A DNA stretch of 61,290 bases, taken from a virus. Taxonomy: Duplodnaviria > Caudoviricetes. A model generated the notes under the pieces. That model made no database searches, had not been told where the DNA came from, and saw only the letters and a program-made list of their open reading frames with translations. The stretch is from the IMG/VR virus record IMGVR_UViG_3300036668_000250, positions 1-61,290 of that record. One strand, 5' to 3'. Positions within the stretch are counted from its first letter, which is position 1; each line of letters begins with the position of its first letter. Positions 10,501 through 19,516 of this stretch are shown here, piece after piece. The position numbers were made by a program, and so were the translations under genes.

Positions 10501-11375
10501 AGTCTGGAAGAGACCTGTACCCTTACACCAAAACAGGAATATATTATTCATATAAAGAAAAAAATCCTATAAGAATATACAAAAAAGACACTCCATACCT
10601 ATATCTAACCGAAAATAGCGGTATCCAGGTTATTAAGTTTAACCAAGGGATAAAGGAACGAGGTGTTTTGATTCCAGTAAACGAACCACGAGAATCAAAT
10701 TATTATCTAGGAGCCTTGCAAATGTTTGTTAAGGATGAGTCCCCCCCGATCTCATACGATGGATACCCTATTTTTGAAATAGACAATGGGGACGCAATAA
10801 TAGAGTTTTTTTATAAGTTTGATTCAACAAATAAAAGAAAAAAGATTTTTGCAAAAAACAAAAACACTCAACAAGATTTTAATAAAATAATTTTTTATCA
10901 AAACGGAATGCAAACAGAAAATCCAGTTTTGTATCCTGATCAATGGAATGCAATCTCCGTTCTCTTTCAAGATCCCATTAATTTTTCCAATAGGTCTGGA
11001 TCAATTAATGTTTTTGCAGGATTCACCTTTAACAATATTTCAGAATATAGGCCAGAGGGTCTGGTAGAAATTGCTAATATTGTTCCAAGAAGTTGGCTAG
11101 AAGTTTATACCCCAGACAGCGGAATAACATTCAATGACTGGAGATACTGGTACAACGAGGATCAATCATCTGCTTTTCAAACATGGAAAGACGTTTTGGT
11201 TAACTTGGGCGAGGAATCTTACGGGATTAGCCCAGAAAACATCTATGAAGCGTATACGGGGACCAACATTAACGTAGTAGATGATGGTTTTGGTATAACA
11301 ATGAACAACAATGACCCCTCTATATCAATTTTTAGTGACATTGTGTGGTCAAGTTTCTCAGGAAAACCCTCATAA
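7506..11375 (+). CDS. Large virion structural protein with LamG/ConA-like domain
   Basis: 1289 aa; YATKIFSQHPIACWPLDE start and YTLEFWLR..EWYRPMLV..MFING motifs. Confidence 0.6.
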   Translation: MSVTSNQYATKIFSQHPIACWPLDEDAYYVSLSKIDDLDIFSWNIDNGVVESDPTTPNQQSPFKNQSEYSKIEVDDYSLISSSGYVVEAESLPLFPLNKLNSDLKNFHLNVFIYQDCLFIDSYDIGVKYWDFSTSSEKIVFKNKNFPVIREWKTLSATIDNPDYQTISISASGLEDSNVITVLDASNLSPGVFVVGESIPQNTYIVSIVGNSVTISDNVSDDFSENLVFVPGVSAFIKFNLIEGGGNNEDYSFILHGLSVGQWSEQFCFKSLGIFDQQESLKFFLQNATTYEAFQYGKSTDKAYYVIEDNALIAKNEGIPMVFGSENVTRLYPSKYSNPSLVFPGEGMFSNSGKNNSYTLEFWLRIRPNNKKEIKIFGPLNSKDGLYVSEGFVTLSVNGMVKSFNVNEWYRPMLVNIVYSPGSYEMFINGENVLQLVFDLGFSSIEENNWLGFFGNTKIDVFEVDCISIFPYQVPLQVAKIRLIWGQGTDSEENIDNSFKGKPYSISFPNAKYDVNSIYPDKERWDAGYYRNLVANTKSISTPEYSLPEIFLSGRGLDLWYLDNKVVNDLEYPSNDHPKFITFRPNLNEQGTEWQADGPNWIEKCYFKFSNSTIISSPVSAFYSVFEINENISDDRMLVSFVNSLNGKRFDIKVSSYEVSYIFNGQEIFSFDASGQDHIIVGIHIPTVSEIFGYEISNFFSSFENLNVYVGGAPDTPDEIIKTFEGKIYKVSFMEEYAYEELQEHFSSQGIVDYTKDDLFIDYYSTYSMKPFDKFNSFFLDISISSYWEEYFPLTYFCKNIKDINDEEYYGFDFLQFNVGYPSILEKKTFIVDGEEWVNYLEFQDYYNYPISYDYSFLQNTIVSGFTDYQSLINNDYPATSYASSDSSLKAYATFQTMSNNVKEPLKTFAYEKYIQSNLLVDASIDQEIDPFLPYGTKYQLVDGAIIYPPTYIDIENIAIVIHFDVKQEMILKNKLIVRNMEFSSKALNHKQTNPIGTKSGRDLYPYTKTGIYYSYKEKNPIRIYKKDTPYLYLTENSGIQVIKFNQGIKERGVLIPVNEPRESNYYLGALQMFVKDESPPISYDGYPIFEIDNGDAIIEFFYKFDSTNKRKKIFAKNKNTQQDFNKIIFYQNGMQTENPVLYPDQWNAISVLFQDPINFSNRSGSINVFAGFTFNNISEYRPEGLVEIANIVPRSWLEVYTPDSGITFNDWRYWYNEDQSSAFQTWKDVLVNLGEESYGISPENIYEAYTGTNINVVDDGFGITMNNNDPSISIFSDIVWSSFSGKPS

Positions 11376-11393
11376 TCTGGTACAATAGTGGTT

Positions 11394-11783
11394 ATGGGAA
11401 AAGGTTTTTTAGATAAAAGCGGTAAAACCAAGATTACAGAGGTAAGTAAGGGGACTGGCCAACAAGCCATGTTTGGATACGAGTGGGGCCTCTATTTTTG
11501 GAGGTTGCCCAACGGACATCTATTTAAAGACGAAGACGGAAGAATGCTGAACATACCTTCTGTAAAAAACGACCTTGATCAAATTATTAAGTTGCGCCAA
11601 TCCGCTGCTCACTATGGGCAACCAGAGGGAGATCCATGGTTCTACCCTGGAGTGAATAGGGCGACTGATGAAGAATATGAAGAGCAATTGGATAGGTTGG
11701 AGCAGGGCCTTATTCCTAGCATGAACGACTTTGGCGCTGTTAAAGCAGCCCAAGATACTTTAAGGGTACATGGTGAAGAGTAA
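11394..11783 (+). CDS. Hypothetical protein coupled to the portal gene
   Basis: ATG 7 nt after TGGTACAAT (11378-11386); TAATG overlap with portal. Confidence 0.7.
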   Translation: MGKGFLDKSGKTKITEVSKGTGQQAMFGYEWGLYFWRLPNGHLFKDEDGRMLNIPSVKNDLDQIIKLRQSAAHYGQPEGDPWFYPGVNRATDEEYEEQLDRLEQGLIPSMNDFGAVKAAQDTLRVHGEE

Positions 11784-13414
11784 TGTCTGAAGAACCCTAT
11801 ATTGATGTAAAGATTGCAGATCAAATTATTGATCAAGAAATGAAAGACTTAGACCCCTTCAATAAAACATGGGAGGATCTTTCTTCTCTCGGAGGCCTTA
11901 ATAAAAACTTTAAGCGAAAGGCTTCTAGAACAGAAAAAGCAAACTCTACAATAAATAATGTTCCGCGAGATAGCAGCGGTGCCATTAGCCCGTCGTACCT
12001 AACTGAATCTAGGGCAATAGGCCAAAGCGAAAACGCAGGTAGCAAGTCTAAGAAAATAAATCCTGGTCAAGTATATAGAAATGGATATGGAATATTTGAC
12101 TTGATTACCCCGCCATACAATCTTTATGAACTATCTTCATACTATGACACTTCTTTTGCCAATCATGCCGCAGTAGACACTAAGGTGTCAAATGCAGTAG
12201 GTATGGGGTTTAGGTTTGAAATGACTCCTCAGACCAGAATGAGGCTTGAAGGAATGGATAATGAGTCTGCAAAGACAAAAGCAAAAAAAAGAATTGAGCA
12301 AGTAAAGATACAGTTGTCAGACTGGATCGATAGTCTTAACGAAGATGAAAGTCTCACCAAGACACTAGAAAAGGTCTTGATTGACATGGAAGCCACGGGC
12401 AATGGATACATAGAGGTTGGAAGAACTGTTACGGGGGAAATTGGTTACCTGGGACATATCCCCTCTGTGACTATGAGAGTGAGAAGACTTCATGATGGAT
12501 ATATCCAAATTATTGCAGGAACCATCGCATACTTTAGAAATTTTGGGGCAACTAATTCAAACCCAGTAACAAGTGATCCAAGGCCGAATGAGGTTATTCA
12601 CCTCAAGCAATATTCTCCATTGAACACATTTTATGGCGTCCCAGATGTTATTGCTGCCATGACCTCTCTTAGGGGGGATTTAATGGCGTCTCAGTACAAT
12701 ATTGATTATTTTGAAAATAAGGCTGTTCCCAGATATATTATTACTGTAAAGGGAGCAAAACTTTCTGGTGAAGCAGAAGATCGTTTGTTTAGGTTTTTTC
12801 AAACAAACCTTAAAGGGCAGAATCACAGAACACTTTACGTCCCCTTGCCTGGAGATCAGGACGGGAATAAAATTGAGTTCCAGATGCATCCTATTGAAAA
12901 TAATGTTCAAGAGGCTTCCTTTAATGAATACCGTTTGAGGAATAGAGACGACATTTTGATGTCTCATCAAGTCCCATTATCTAAACTAGGCGGTGTTGAT
13001 TCCTCTACAGCATCAGCAATGACACAAGACAGAACTTTTCGTGATCAGGTTATTCATCCATTGCAGGAGTATATTGAGAAGGCAATAAACAAAATCGTTA
13101 AGGAAAGAACAGATGCCGTTCATCTTAAACTTAATCAGGCCAGTTTGACTGATGAAGTTGCTCAATCTCAAATATACGAAAGATATGCAAAGATTCAAGC
13201 AATGGTCCCCAATGAAATTAGAGAAAGCATTGGCCTCCCACAAATTCAAGGTGGGGACGATCCATTTGAAATGACATCTAGAATGGCAGCAGACACGAGG
13301 GCTAATACGGCAAGAAACAGGCAGAGAGACACAGAAAGATCCAATAATCAGTCAGATGGACCAGGAGCGATTTCAGGAAGAAATCCAAAAGGCGAGGGAA
13401 GTTCCTCTGAGTGA
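11783..13414 (+). CDS. Portal protein
   Basis: 543 aa; D.EATGNGYIEV, EVIHLK..YGVP, YFENKAVP, HQVP..LG, PNEIRESIGLP motifs; directly upstream of protease and capsid. Confidence 0.9.
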   Translation: MSEEPYIDVKIADQIIDQEMKDLDPFNKTWEDLSSLGGLNKNFKRKASRTEKANSTINNVPRDSSGAISPSYLTESRAIGQSENAGSKSKKINPGQVYRNGYGIFDLITPPYNLYELSSYYDTSFANHAAVDTKVSNAVGMGFRFEMTPQTRMRLEGMDNESAKTKAKKRIEQVKIQLSDWIDSLNEDESLTKTLEKVLIDMEATGNGYIEVGRTVTGEIGYLGHIPSVTMRVRRLHDGYIQIIAGTIAYFRNFGATNSNPVTSDPRPNEVIHLKQYSPLNTFYGVPDVIAAMTSLRGDLMASQYNIDYFENKAVPRYIITVKGAKLSGEAEDRLFRFFQTNLKGQNHRTLYVPLPGDQDGNKIEFQMHPIENNVQEASFNEYRLRNRDDILMSHQVPLSKLGGVDSSTASAMTQDRTFRDQVIHPLQEYIEKAINKIVKERTDAVHLKLNQASLTDEVAQSQIYERYAKIQAMVPNEIRESIGLPQIQGGDDPFEMTSRMAADTRANTARNRQRDTERSNNQSDGPGAISGRNPKGEGSSSE

Positions 13415-13463
13415 TGAATATAACAAAAAAAGTTATAAAAAAGTAATGTATAATGTTATTAAT

Positions 13464-13553
13464 ATGACTCATAACGAGGCTATTCCATGTGCAGATTATT
13501 TATTTTCTACATCAGCCCCCTTTGGTCTACCTAAAAAGTGGAGCGTGGTCTAA
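13464..13553 (+). CDS. 29-aa upstream ORF (MTHNEAIPCADYLFSTSAPFGLPKKWSVV) coupled to the protease gene
   Basis: ATG 9 nt after TATAAT 13449-13454; TAA overlaps protease ATG (TAATG 13551-13555). Confidence 0.4.
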   Translation: MTHNEAIPCADYLFSTSAPFGLPKKWSVV

Positions 13554-15100
13554 TGATAAAGTTTACCGATACTAAATCTGCCATTAACGGCAATACTGTT
13601 ACTATGTCAGTTCCAATATCAAAGATAGATGTTGAGAAAAGAATGGTTCATGGATTTGCAACACTAGACAATCTAGACAAGCAAAATGATGTTGTTGATA
13701 TGGATGCATCCATTAAGGCATTCTCAAACTTTAGAAACAACCTAAGAGAAATGCACCAACCAATTGCTGTAGGGAAAATTGTCTCTTTTAAGCCAGAAAA
13801 ATACTTTGACGAAGGTTCACAAAAATTTTATAATGGAGTCTATGTATCTGCTTATGTAAGCAAGGGCGCTCAAAACACCTGGGAAAAGGTCGTAGACGGA
13901 ACGCTTACGGGGTTTTCAATCGGCGGGGAAATTAATGAAACAGAAGACTTCTATGACGAAGATATGAACAAATCCTACAGAATTATTAAAGAGTACTCTC
14001 TTAGCGAACTGTCGCTGGTAGATAATCCTGCTAATCAATTTGCAAATGTAATTTCTATTGAAAAGTCACATGATGGAAACCACCTCAATGGCTATTTGTC
14101 TAAAGCAACAATAGAAAATGTTTTCTGGTGCCGAAAGGATGACGTGGTATCCATGTCCTATGATGGGAATAGATCATGCCCTCAATGTGATAAAGCGATG
14201 TCAAATATTGGTTTTGTTGAAGCCAATGATACAGAGAAGTCCTTGGTCGTAGGAACAATAATTTCTGATATAAAGAAAAACGAAATACAGGAAAAAATCA
14301 ATGATGGATATTTTGTAAAATTTGAAGGACAATATGGTCAAGTTATTGACATTGTAATGCAAGGTGGAGCCAGACTATCCTCTGATCAAAATATTATGAT
14401 GGCTAAAAATAGTGATCCTGTGGCCATCGTTAAACTTTATTCAGAAAATAACGGTACAATAACACCAACAAGAAGTCGCGTTATTAAAAATGTTTCTTCG
14501 TTAGAAAATATTAATGCGATTAATAAATCAAAAATAGAGGAGGTTGGCAACATGGACTCAAATATCGTCGTTATAGACGAAATTGAAAAAGGCGTAGACT
14601 CTGATCAAGAGGCTGTTTCTCCAGAACCAACAAGTCTTCCCGTTGTAGAAGAAACTACAAAGGCGGATAATGAGGTAAAAGAAGAAGAAGTCGAAAAGGT
14701 TAAACAATCAGATGATTCAGAAGATGAAGCAGATGATGATGACATGGATGATGACGATGATGTAACCAAAAAATCAGAATCATCCACAGAGACTAAAGAA
14801 GATGAAACCGCAAAGATGATTAGTGAGATTAGTGAATCTCTTACATCTGCACTATCTAGTCTTGCCGAAACAGTTAAGGCTCTTGATGCACGAATTGATG
14901 GCATCACAAAGTCTGTTGCAGGAGTTTCTGGTGAGGTAGATGGCATTAAAAATAGTTTTGGAAAGCGCGTAGATGCTGTGGAAAAAGAAACTGCTTTCCG
15001 AAAGTCTGCTGATCTTGGCGAGATCTTGCAGGAAGAACCAATAATTGTGGAGAAATCCACATGGGGCGGTCGTTTCCTCAAAAGTACCGACCTATTTTAA
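13553..15100 (+). CDS. Prohead protease (HK97/XkdF-like) fused to Zn-ribbon-like segment, Tudor-like domain and acidic scaffold
   Basis: VHGFAT..DKQNDVV, LREMH, LTGFSIGG, ELSLVDNPAN; C..CPQC; Asp/Glu-rich and coiled-coil C-terminus; sits between portal and capsid. Confidence 0.88.
   Translation: MIKFTDTKSAINGNTVTMSVPISKIDVEKRMVHGFATLDNLDKQNDVVDMDASIKAFSNFRNNLREMHQPIAVGKIVSFKPEKYFDEGSQKFYNGVYVSAYVSKGAQNTWEKVVDGTLTGFSIGGEINETEDFYDEDMNKSYRIIKEYSLSELSLVDNPANQFANVISIEKSHDGNHLNGYLSKATIENVFWCRKDDVVSMSYDGNRSCPQCDKAMSNIGFVEANDTEKSLVVGTIISDIKKNEIQEKINDGYFVKFEGQYGQVIDIVMQGGARLSSDQNIMMAKNSDPVAIVKLYSENNGTITPTRSRVIKNVSSLENINAINKSKIEEVGNMDSNIVVIDEIEKGVDSDQEAVSPEPTSLPVVEETTKADNEVKEEEVEKVKQSDDSEDEADDDDMDDDDDVTKKSESSTETKEDETAKMISEISESLTSALSSLAETVKALDARIDGITKSVAGVSGEVDGIKNSFGKRVDAVEKETAFRKSADLGEILQEEPIIVEKSTWGGRFLKSTDLF
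14552..15100 (+). CDS. Probable nested in-frame scaffold protein
   Basis: GAGGAGG 14537-14543 before in-frame ATG 14552; CGGTACAAT at 14452-14460. Confidence 0.6.
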   Translation: MDSNIVVIDEIEKGVDSDQEAVSPEPTSLPVVEETTKADNEVKEEEVEKVKQSDDSEDEADDDDMDDDDDVTKKSESSTETKEDETAKMISEISESLTSALSSLAETVKALDARIDGITKSVAGVSGEVDGIKNSFGKRVDAVEKETAFRKSADLGEILQEEPIIVEKSTWGGRFLKSTDLF

Positions 15101-15133
15101 AATGAAAGTTAATACTCAGGAGGTGAAAGTCAA

Positions 15134-16264
15134 ATGACAGAAGAAGTTACTAAAAATCAGCCAAGCGATAGCGGCGAGTATGGCGACCCAAACCCAGGTC
15201 TATACCAGGGGCAGGGCGCAGTCGCATCGGGTGGCGTAGGTGGCGTTACTGATCCTGCTTCCGATAGTTTGGGTAATATTCCCAACTATATCGAAGGAGT
15301 AACATCAGGTCCTAACGCTGTGAATCCAACGGGCGTCCCTGGCGGTATTCTAAACCCTGAACAAGCACGTCGTTTTATTGACTATGTTTGGGATGCAACA
15401 GTTCTCGCCCAAGATGGTCGTAGAGTTACAATGCGTGCAAATACGGTTGAACTCGAAAAGGTGAATGTTGGTGAGCGCGTAATCCGTGCAGCATCACAGG
15501 CACTCGGAGAGTACACCAACGCTGGAGCAACCTTCACCAAGGTAGAACTAACCACAAAGAAGATCCGTCTTGACTGGGAGGTAGCAACTGAGGCACTCGA
15601 AGATAATATCGAAGGTGCAGCACTTGAAGACCACCTTGTCCGTTTGATGACAAACGCTTTTGGTAATGATCTAGAAGATCTTGCCATTAACGGTAACGGT
15701 GGGGTTGATCCCTTCCTTGGAATCATGAACGGCTTTGTAAATCAGGTAAAGACTACTGGTGATGCACACGAAGCAGTTGTTGATGTTTCTGGTGGTTGGA
15801 CTCCAGAGGTATTGCAGGAAGTAATTTATGCAATGCCCCGCAAGTACCGCGCAGTAAAGACTGGCCTAAAGTTCTATGCAGGTACTGATGTTTTCGCTAA
15901 TATTGTGAAGAACAACGGTACTCTCGCAGATGCCATTGCTGAGGCAATGTCACCACGAGTAGCAGGAACTCCTGGTCGTAGAGAGGATTACCTTTCAGGG
16001 TCTACACAGACCGTCGGAGGTGCAAGAACCACTCGTGTTCTTGGCATTGACGTACAAGAGGTTCCTTACTACCCAGGTGAGTATGTCGATCTTACATTCC
16101 CACAAAATCGTGTGTGGGGTTTCCAGAGAGACATCACAGTCAACCGTGAGTACAAGCCCAAGAAGGACACCATTGAGTACACAATCTTTGTACGATTTGG
16201 CGTTACTTGGGAAGAACTAGATGCAGTTGCTTTTGTTGATTCTTCAGCAGCAGTAACCAGTTAG
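15134..16264 (+). CDS. Major capsid protein (HK97 fold)
   Basis: GGILNPEQARRFID, EALEDNIEG, DLEDLAING motifs; strong RBS AGGAGGTGA; followed by a terminator. Confidence 0.92.
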   Translation: MTEEVTKNQPSDSGEYGDPNPGLYQGQGAVASGGVGGVTDPASDSLGNIPNYIEGVTSGPNAVNPTGVPGGILNPEQARRFIDYVWDATVLAQDGRRVTMRANTVELEKVNVGERVIRAASQALGEYTNAGATFTKVELTTKKIRLDWEVATEALEDNIEGAALEDHLVRLMTNAFGNDLEDLAINGNGGVDPFLGIMNGFVNQVKTTGDAHEAVVDVSGGWTPEVLQEVIYAMPRKYRAVKTGLKFYAGTDVFANIVKNNGTLADAIAEAMSPRVAGTPGRREDYLSGSTQTVGGARTTRVLGIDVQEVPYYPGEYVDLTFPQNRVWGFQRDITVNREYKPKKDTIEYTIFVRFGVTWEELDAVAFVDSSAAVTS

Positions 16265-16280
16265 TCAAATAACCAATGAT

Positions 16281-16311
16281 AAGGGGGAGGGATTAATTTT
16301 CCTCCCCCTTT
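16281..16311 (+). terminator. Intrinsic terminator after the capsid gene
   Basis: AAGGGGGAGG-N10-CCTCCCCCTT perfect 10-bp stem. Confidence 0.75.
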
Positions 16312-16353
16312 GTCATACTCTGATATAATTATTAATGATGAAAGGTGTGTGTC

Positions 16354-16812
16354 GTGTCAGATAACCCAAACGTAATAGAAGACTCTGCATTTGATAATAA
16401 TGCCCCCAAGAAGAGGGCGCGAGCAACTAAAAGTGTTGCAGAAAAAACTGTTGTTGAAAATGTTGATATATCTTCAGGGTCCAATAGTGAAGAAAATAAA
16501 AATGTTATTAAAATGTCAGATAAGCCTAAGGCACCAAGAAAGTCAAATAACTTTAATACCAAGTCAAACGTAATAGGATCTAAGGCAGCAGATATTGCAT
16601 TAAGCAAAAAGTTAGCCGATACCAGTAAGCCAGAAAATGACAAGAACAAGGTGGCCTTGTGGTCAGACAAAAACATTAGATGGAGCGGTGTAGGTTCATT
16701 GAACAAGGGTTACAACATTGTTGACAAGGAGTTTGCTCAAAAGTGGCTTACCAGGGGCGGAATAAGAGAATCCTCCCCTGAGGAAGTTGCCACTTACTAC
16801 GGCAAGGACTAA
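16354..16812 (+). CDS. Hypothetical Lys-rich head-associated protein
   Basis: GTG 16354 (or 16345) after GAAAGG; TGATATAAT at 16321-16329; TAATG overlap with next gene. Confidence 0.65.
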   Translation: MSDNPNVIEDSAFDNNAPKKRARATKSVAEKTVVENVDISSGSNSEENKNVIKMSDKPKAPRKSNNFNTKSNVIGSKAADIALSKKLADTSKPENDKNKVALWSDKNIRWSGVGSLNKGYNIVDKEFAQKWLTRGGIRESSPEEVATYYGKD

Positions 16813-17792
16813 TGGAGATATTAAGAAAAACTCCGTTTCCCCTCATTCTTGTGCAAGAAGGGTTAGATGCAAGCACTGAATACGTCGCCTGCTTTCTTAC
16901 TAGTCACGGCAGAGATTTGATAGAGGTCGGAGATGAGTCTGATAGCAATGGGGATTTAAGTATAACCTTGCCAGACTTTTTTTCTAGATACGATGATACA
17001 TACTTGCTAGAAGTTTATGAAAGCCTAGGAATTGACGAAAATGACAAGCATATAAGAGGTCCACTAAAGGTTATAGATAGTCTTACCGTTATCAGGCCGT
17101 ACTTTGACGTAACCCCCATGTCTGAAAAAACTGGGGAAGATGAAGAGTCTCTCAGAATGTATGAGTCAATATCTAGATCAATCATTAATGCATTTACCAA
17201 TGGCTTCGAGTATAAAAGAAGTGTTCATGAGGTAATCGGTAATGGCTCAGACTACATGCCTGTACCCTTTAGACTTAATCGTGTGCTTAAGGTTTTAGAA
17301 AATAGTTCTGTTGTTTTTAATGTTGAAGAGGATAGTTCTCCATCAGAGAGGACATATATTGTTACGCCAGACCACACAGCGGTGACTCTTGCGGTATCTG
17401 GTCCATATGGATACAATAGAATGGATTCAAGACCAGTTGTGCCATACTTGCCAGCATCTGACTCTTTTACCCTATATAACACAAACGACTCACCAAACAT
17501 TATTCAAAATATGAAGGGGTCTCCATTTTTCCCCGAAGGGTGGGACTATACCTTTGTTCTGGAAACAGGGTGGGCGGCAATTCCTCAAGAAATTCAATAT
17601 GCATCTAGACTGCTTATTAATGATTTAAAGTGCGACAACTTGCCGTATGCCAATGCATATATCAGTGAATATAAGAGTGATCAGTTTTCCATTAAATTTG
17701 AAGCCCAGGCTTTTGAAAGAACGGGCAATGGAATTGTAGACAACATATTAGAAAAGTACAAGACCCCCATGGGTCGTATGGGAGTGCTCTAA
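16812..17792 (+). CDS. Head-tail adaptor/connector
   Basis: Position; SRSIINAFT, GWAAIPQEIQYAS..L, TGN..VDNILEKY motifs. Confidence 0.7.
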   Translation: MEILRKTPFPLILVQEGLDASTEYVACFLTSHGRDLIEVGDESDSNGDLSITLPDFFSRYDDTYLLEVYESLGIDENDKHIRGPLKVIDSLTVIRPYFDVTPMSEKTGEDEESLRMYESISRSIINAFTNGFEYKRSVHEVIGNGSDYMPVPFRLNRVLKVLENSSVVFNVEEDSSPSERTYIVTPDHTAVTLAVSGPYGYNRMDSRPVVPYLPASDSFTLYNTNDSPNIIQNMKGSPFFPEGWDYTFVLETGWAAIPQEIQYASRLLINDLKCDNLPYANAYISEYKSDQFSIKFEAQAFERTGNGIVDNILEKYKTPMGRMGVL

Positions 17793-18265
17793 TGGGCATC
17801 TTTGACTCCTGCAAAAATATCTTCTTTCCAATGACGTGTGATATCTACTATGCAGAAGAGTCACAAGATGACTATGGAAGCATAAACAAAAGTTGGAACT
17901 ATTATTCTACCAAGCCATGCAACATTTATTCAGCATCAATAAAAGATTCTGACAATTTCTCCTTTGAAGATCAAAGATTTTACTCTGTTCAACAAACACT
18001 TAAGGGAAGAATAAAAGAAGACTTTAGAATGTCTGATATGGGTGAGTTTAGACCAGTATCACATATCTTAATTACAAACATATGTTTGGCAGGTTGTGAC
18101 ACCTCTTCGGTTTTTTATGAGACCTCAGAAGACTTTGTTACAGAGCCTACTGTATATGAAGTTAGTTCTTTGGACCCATATGTAGGTCCTTTTGGAGTAG
18201 AGCACTACACGTTCTTTTTGAGAAGGTCTGATACACAGGGGTTGAAAAATAATGCTGTCTGTTAG
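17792..18265 (+). CDS. Head closure/stopper protein
   Basis: Position; CDIYY..QDDYG..KSW pattern. Confidence 0.6.
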   Translation: MGIFDSCKNIFFPMTCDIYYAEESQDDYGSINKSWNYYSTKPCNIYSASIKDSDNFSFEDQRFYSVQQTLKGRIKEDFRMSDMGEFRPVSHILITNICLAGCDTSSVFYETSEDFVTEPTVYEVSSLDPYVGPFGVEHYTFFLRRSDTQGLKNNAVC

Positions 18266-18926
18266 AGTAAACTCATTAGAATTGAATAGAATATTGAGAA
18301 ACACTGGACTATATTCTCAAGGATTTTTAAAAGGAATAGATATGTCTAAGCCAATATTTATGGCTAGGCTTGCAGAGTTCGTTGTTGATGCCTTAGGTAA
18401 GTACATAGACTCTCAGGCAAGAGCAAACCCTAGCGCTCTGCATCATGTGTACGAGTGGGGTGCTACAGGGTCTCAGTCAGCAAGACTTTTTAAAATGGAG
18501 GGGGTAGGAGCAGCAAGCGTTATTACGATAAGTGGAGAGTTCCTTCCATCAAGATCTGTTAGTGACGGATCAAAAGAACCCTTTGTAGATAAGGCAAACA
18601 TTATGGAAAATAGAATAGGTATAACTATTTCACCAAGAGACTCCGACGTTCTTGTTTTTGAGGCTGATGGGCAAACTGTTTTTACAAGAAATTCAATCTA
18701 TGTGGCTAGTCCTGGTGGAGACGCCGTAGCAGGCAGTTTTGGAAAAACAGTAGACATGTTCTTCTCTCAATATTTTACTCAAGCGCTTCTTAGGCCATTC
18801 TTGCAAGACCTGGAAACAGCAGAGCAATATACAAACAACTTTAGAGCGGGGACTCGTGGTGGCCACCCTGTAGGAGTCAAGGCAGGGCAGCAGTATCTTA
18901 ATTCTGCGGGGGTGTTCTTAGAATGA
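18252..18926 (+). CDS. Neck/tail completion protein
   Basis: 224 aa in the head-tail gene block. Confidence 0.5.
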   Translation: MLSVRVNSLELNRILRNTGLYSQGFLKGIDMSKPIFMARLAEFVVDALGKYIDSQARANPSALHHVYEWGATGSQSARLFKMEGVGAASVITISGEFLPSRSVSDGSKEPFVDKANIMENRIGITISPRDSDVLVFEADGQTVFTRNSIYVASPGGDAVAGSFGKTVDMFFSQYFTQALLRPFLQDLETAEQYTNNFRAGTRGGHPVGVKAGQQYLNSAGVFLE

Positions 18927-19447
18927 GTTTTTCTCAATTTCCTTTGCCTGCAAAAACAATTAATGGTTATTTATGGAAAACTATGAAAGAGATAGAACCC
19001 TCTCTTGCCAGAAAGTATGGAAAGACAGTGCCGTTTTTCCCTGTAAGCGATAGCGTTTCGGGCAAAGCATCATGGGACGACAAGCCATATGTTATTTATG
19101 ACAGAATGTTAAAACTAAAGCCTGGCCCATTCTATGTGTGTAAAAAAGAACATTTGTTGTATTACATCAAAGGTAAAGAAACAGATATCTTTGAGTGGGG
19201 GCTTGCCATGCAATTTATTTTAGATAGAATGGACGACGCCGCTCAAGACGTTAATGCCTGGAATAGATTGCAAGAGGTTCCAGCAAAAATATACTTTCAT
19301 CATTTGCGGGTATATCAAACAGACTCAGGAGATATGAGCAGCGCCACTTCAACAAGAGACTTTAGCACAAGGCCCAACTATATATCTCAATTTGTAGTAG
19401 AGGCAGAATATCATTTTACCGAATCAATTGAATCTATTTTGTCATAA
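18923..19447 (+). CDS. Tail terminator-like protein
   Basis: Immediately before major tail gene; FFP..PYVIYD motif. Confidence 0.55.
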   Translation: MSFSQFPLPAKTINGYLWKTMKEIEPSLARKYGKTVPFFPVSDSVSGKASWDDKPYVIYDRMLKLKPGPFYVCKKEHLLYYIKGKETDIFEWGLAMQFILDRMDDAAQDVNAWNRLQEVPAKIYFHHLRVYQTDSGDMSSATSTRDFSTRPNYISQFVVEAEYHFTESIESILS

Positions 19448-19516
19448 ATAGAGGTATAATTTTAATTGAGGAAACGCCCCAAAAAAATCCAATAGGAAAA
19501 ATGAGGTGAAAAAAAT

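Noticed and set aside
14605-15081. 158-aa minus-strand Ser-rich ORF
   Set aside because: Antisense shadow of the Asp/Glu-rich scaffold codons
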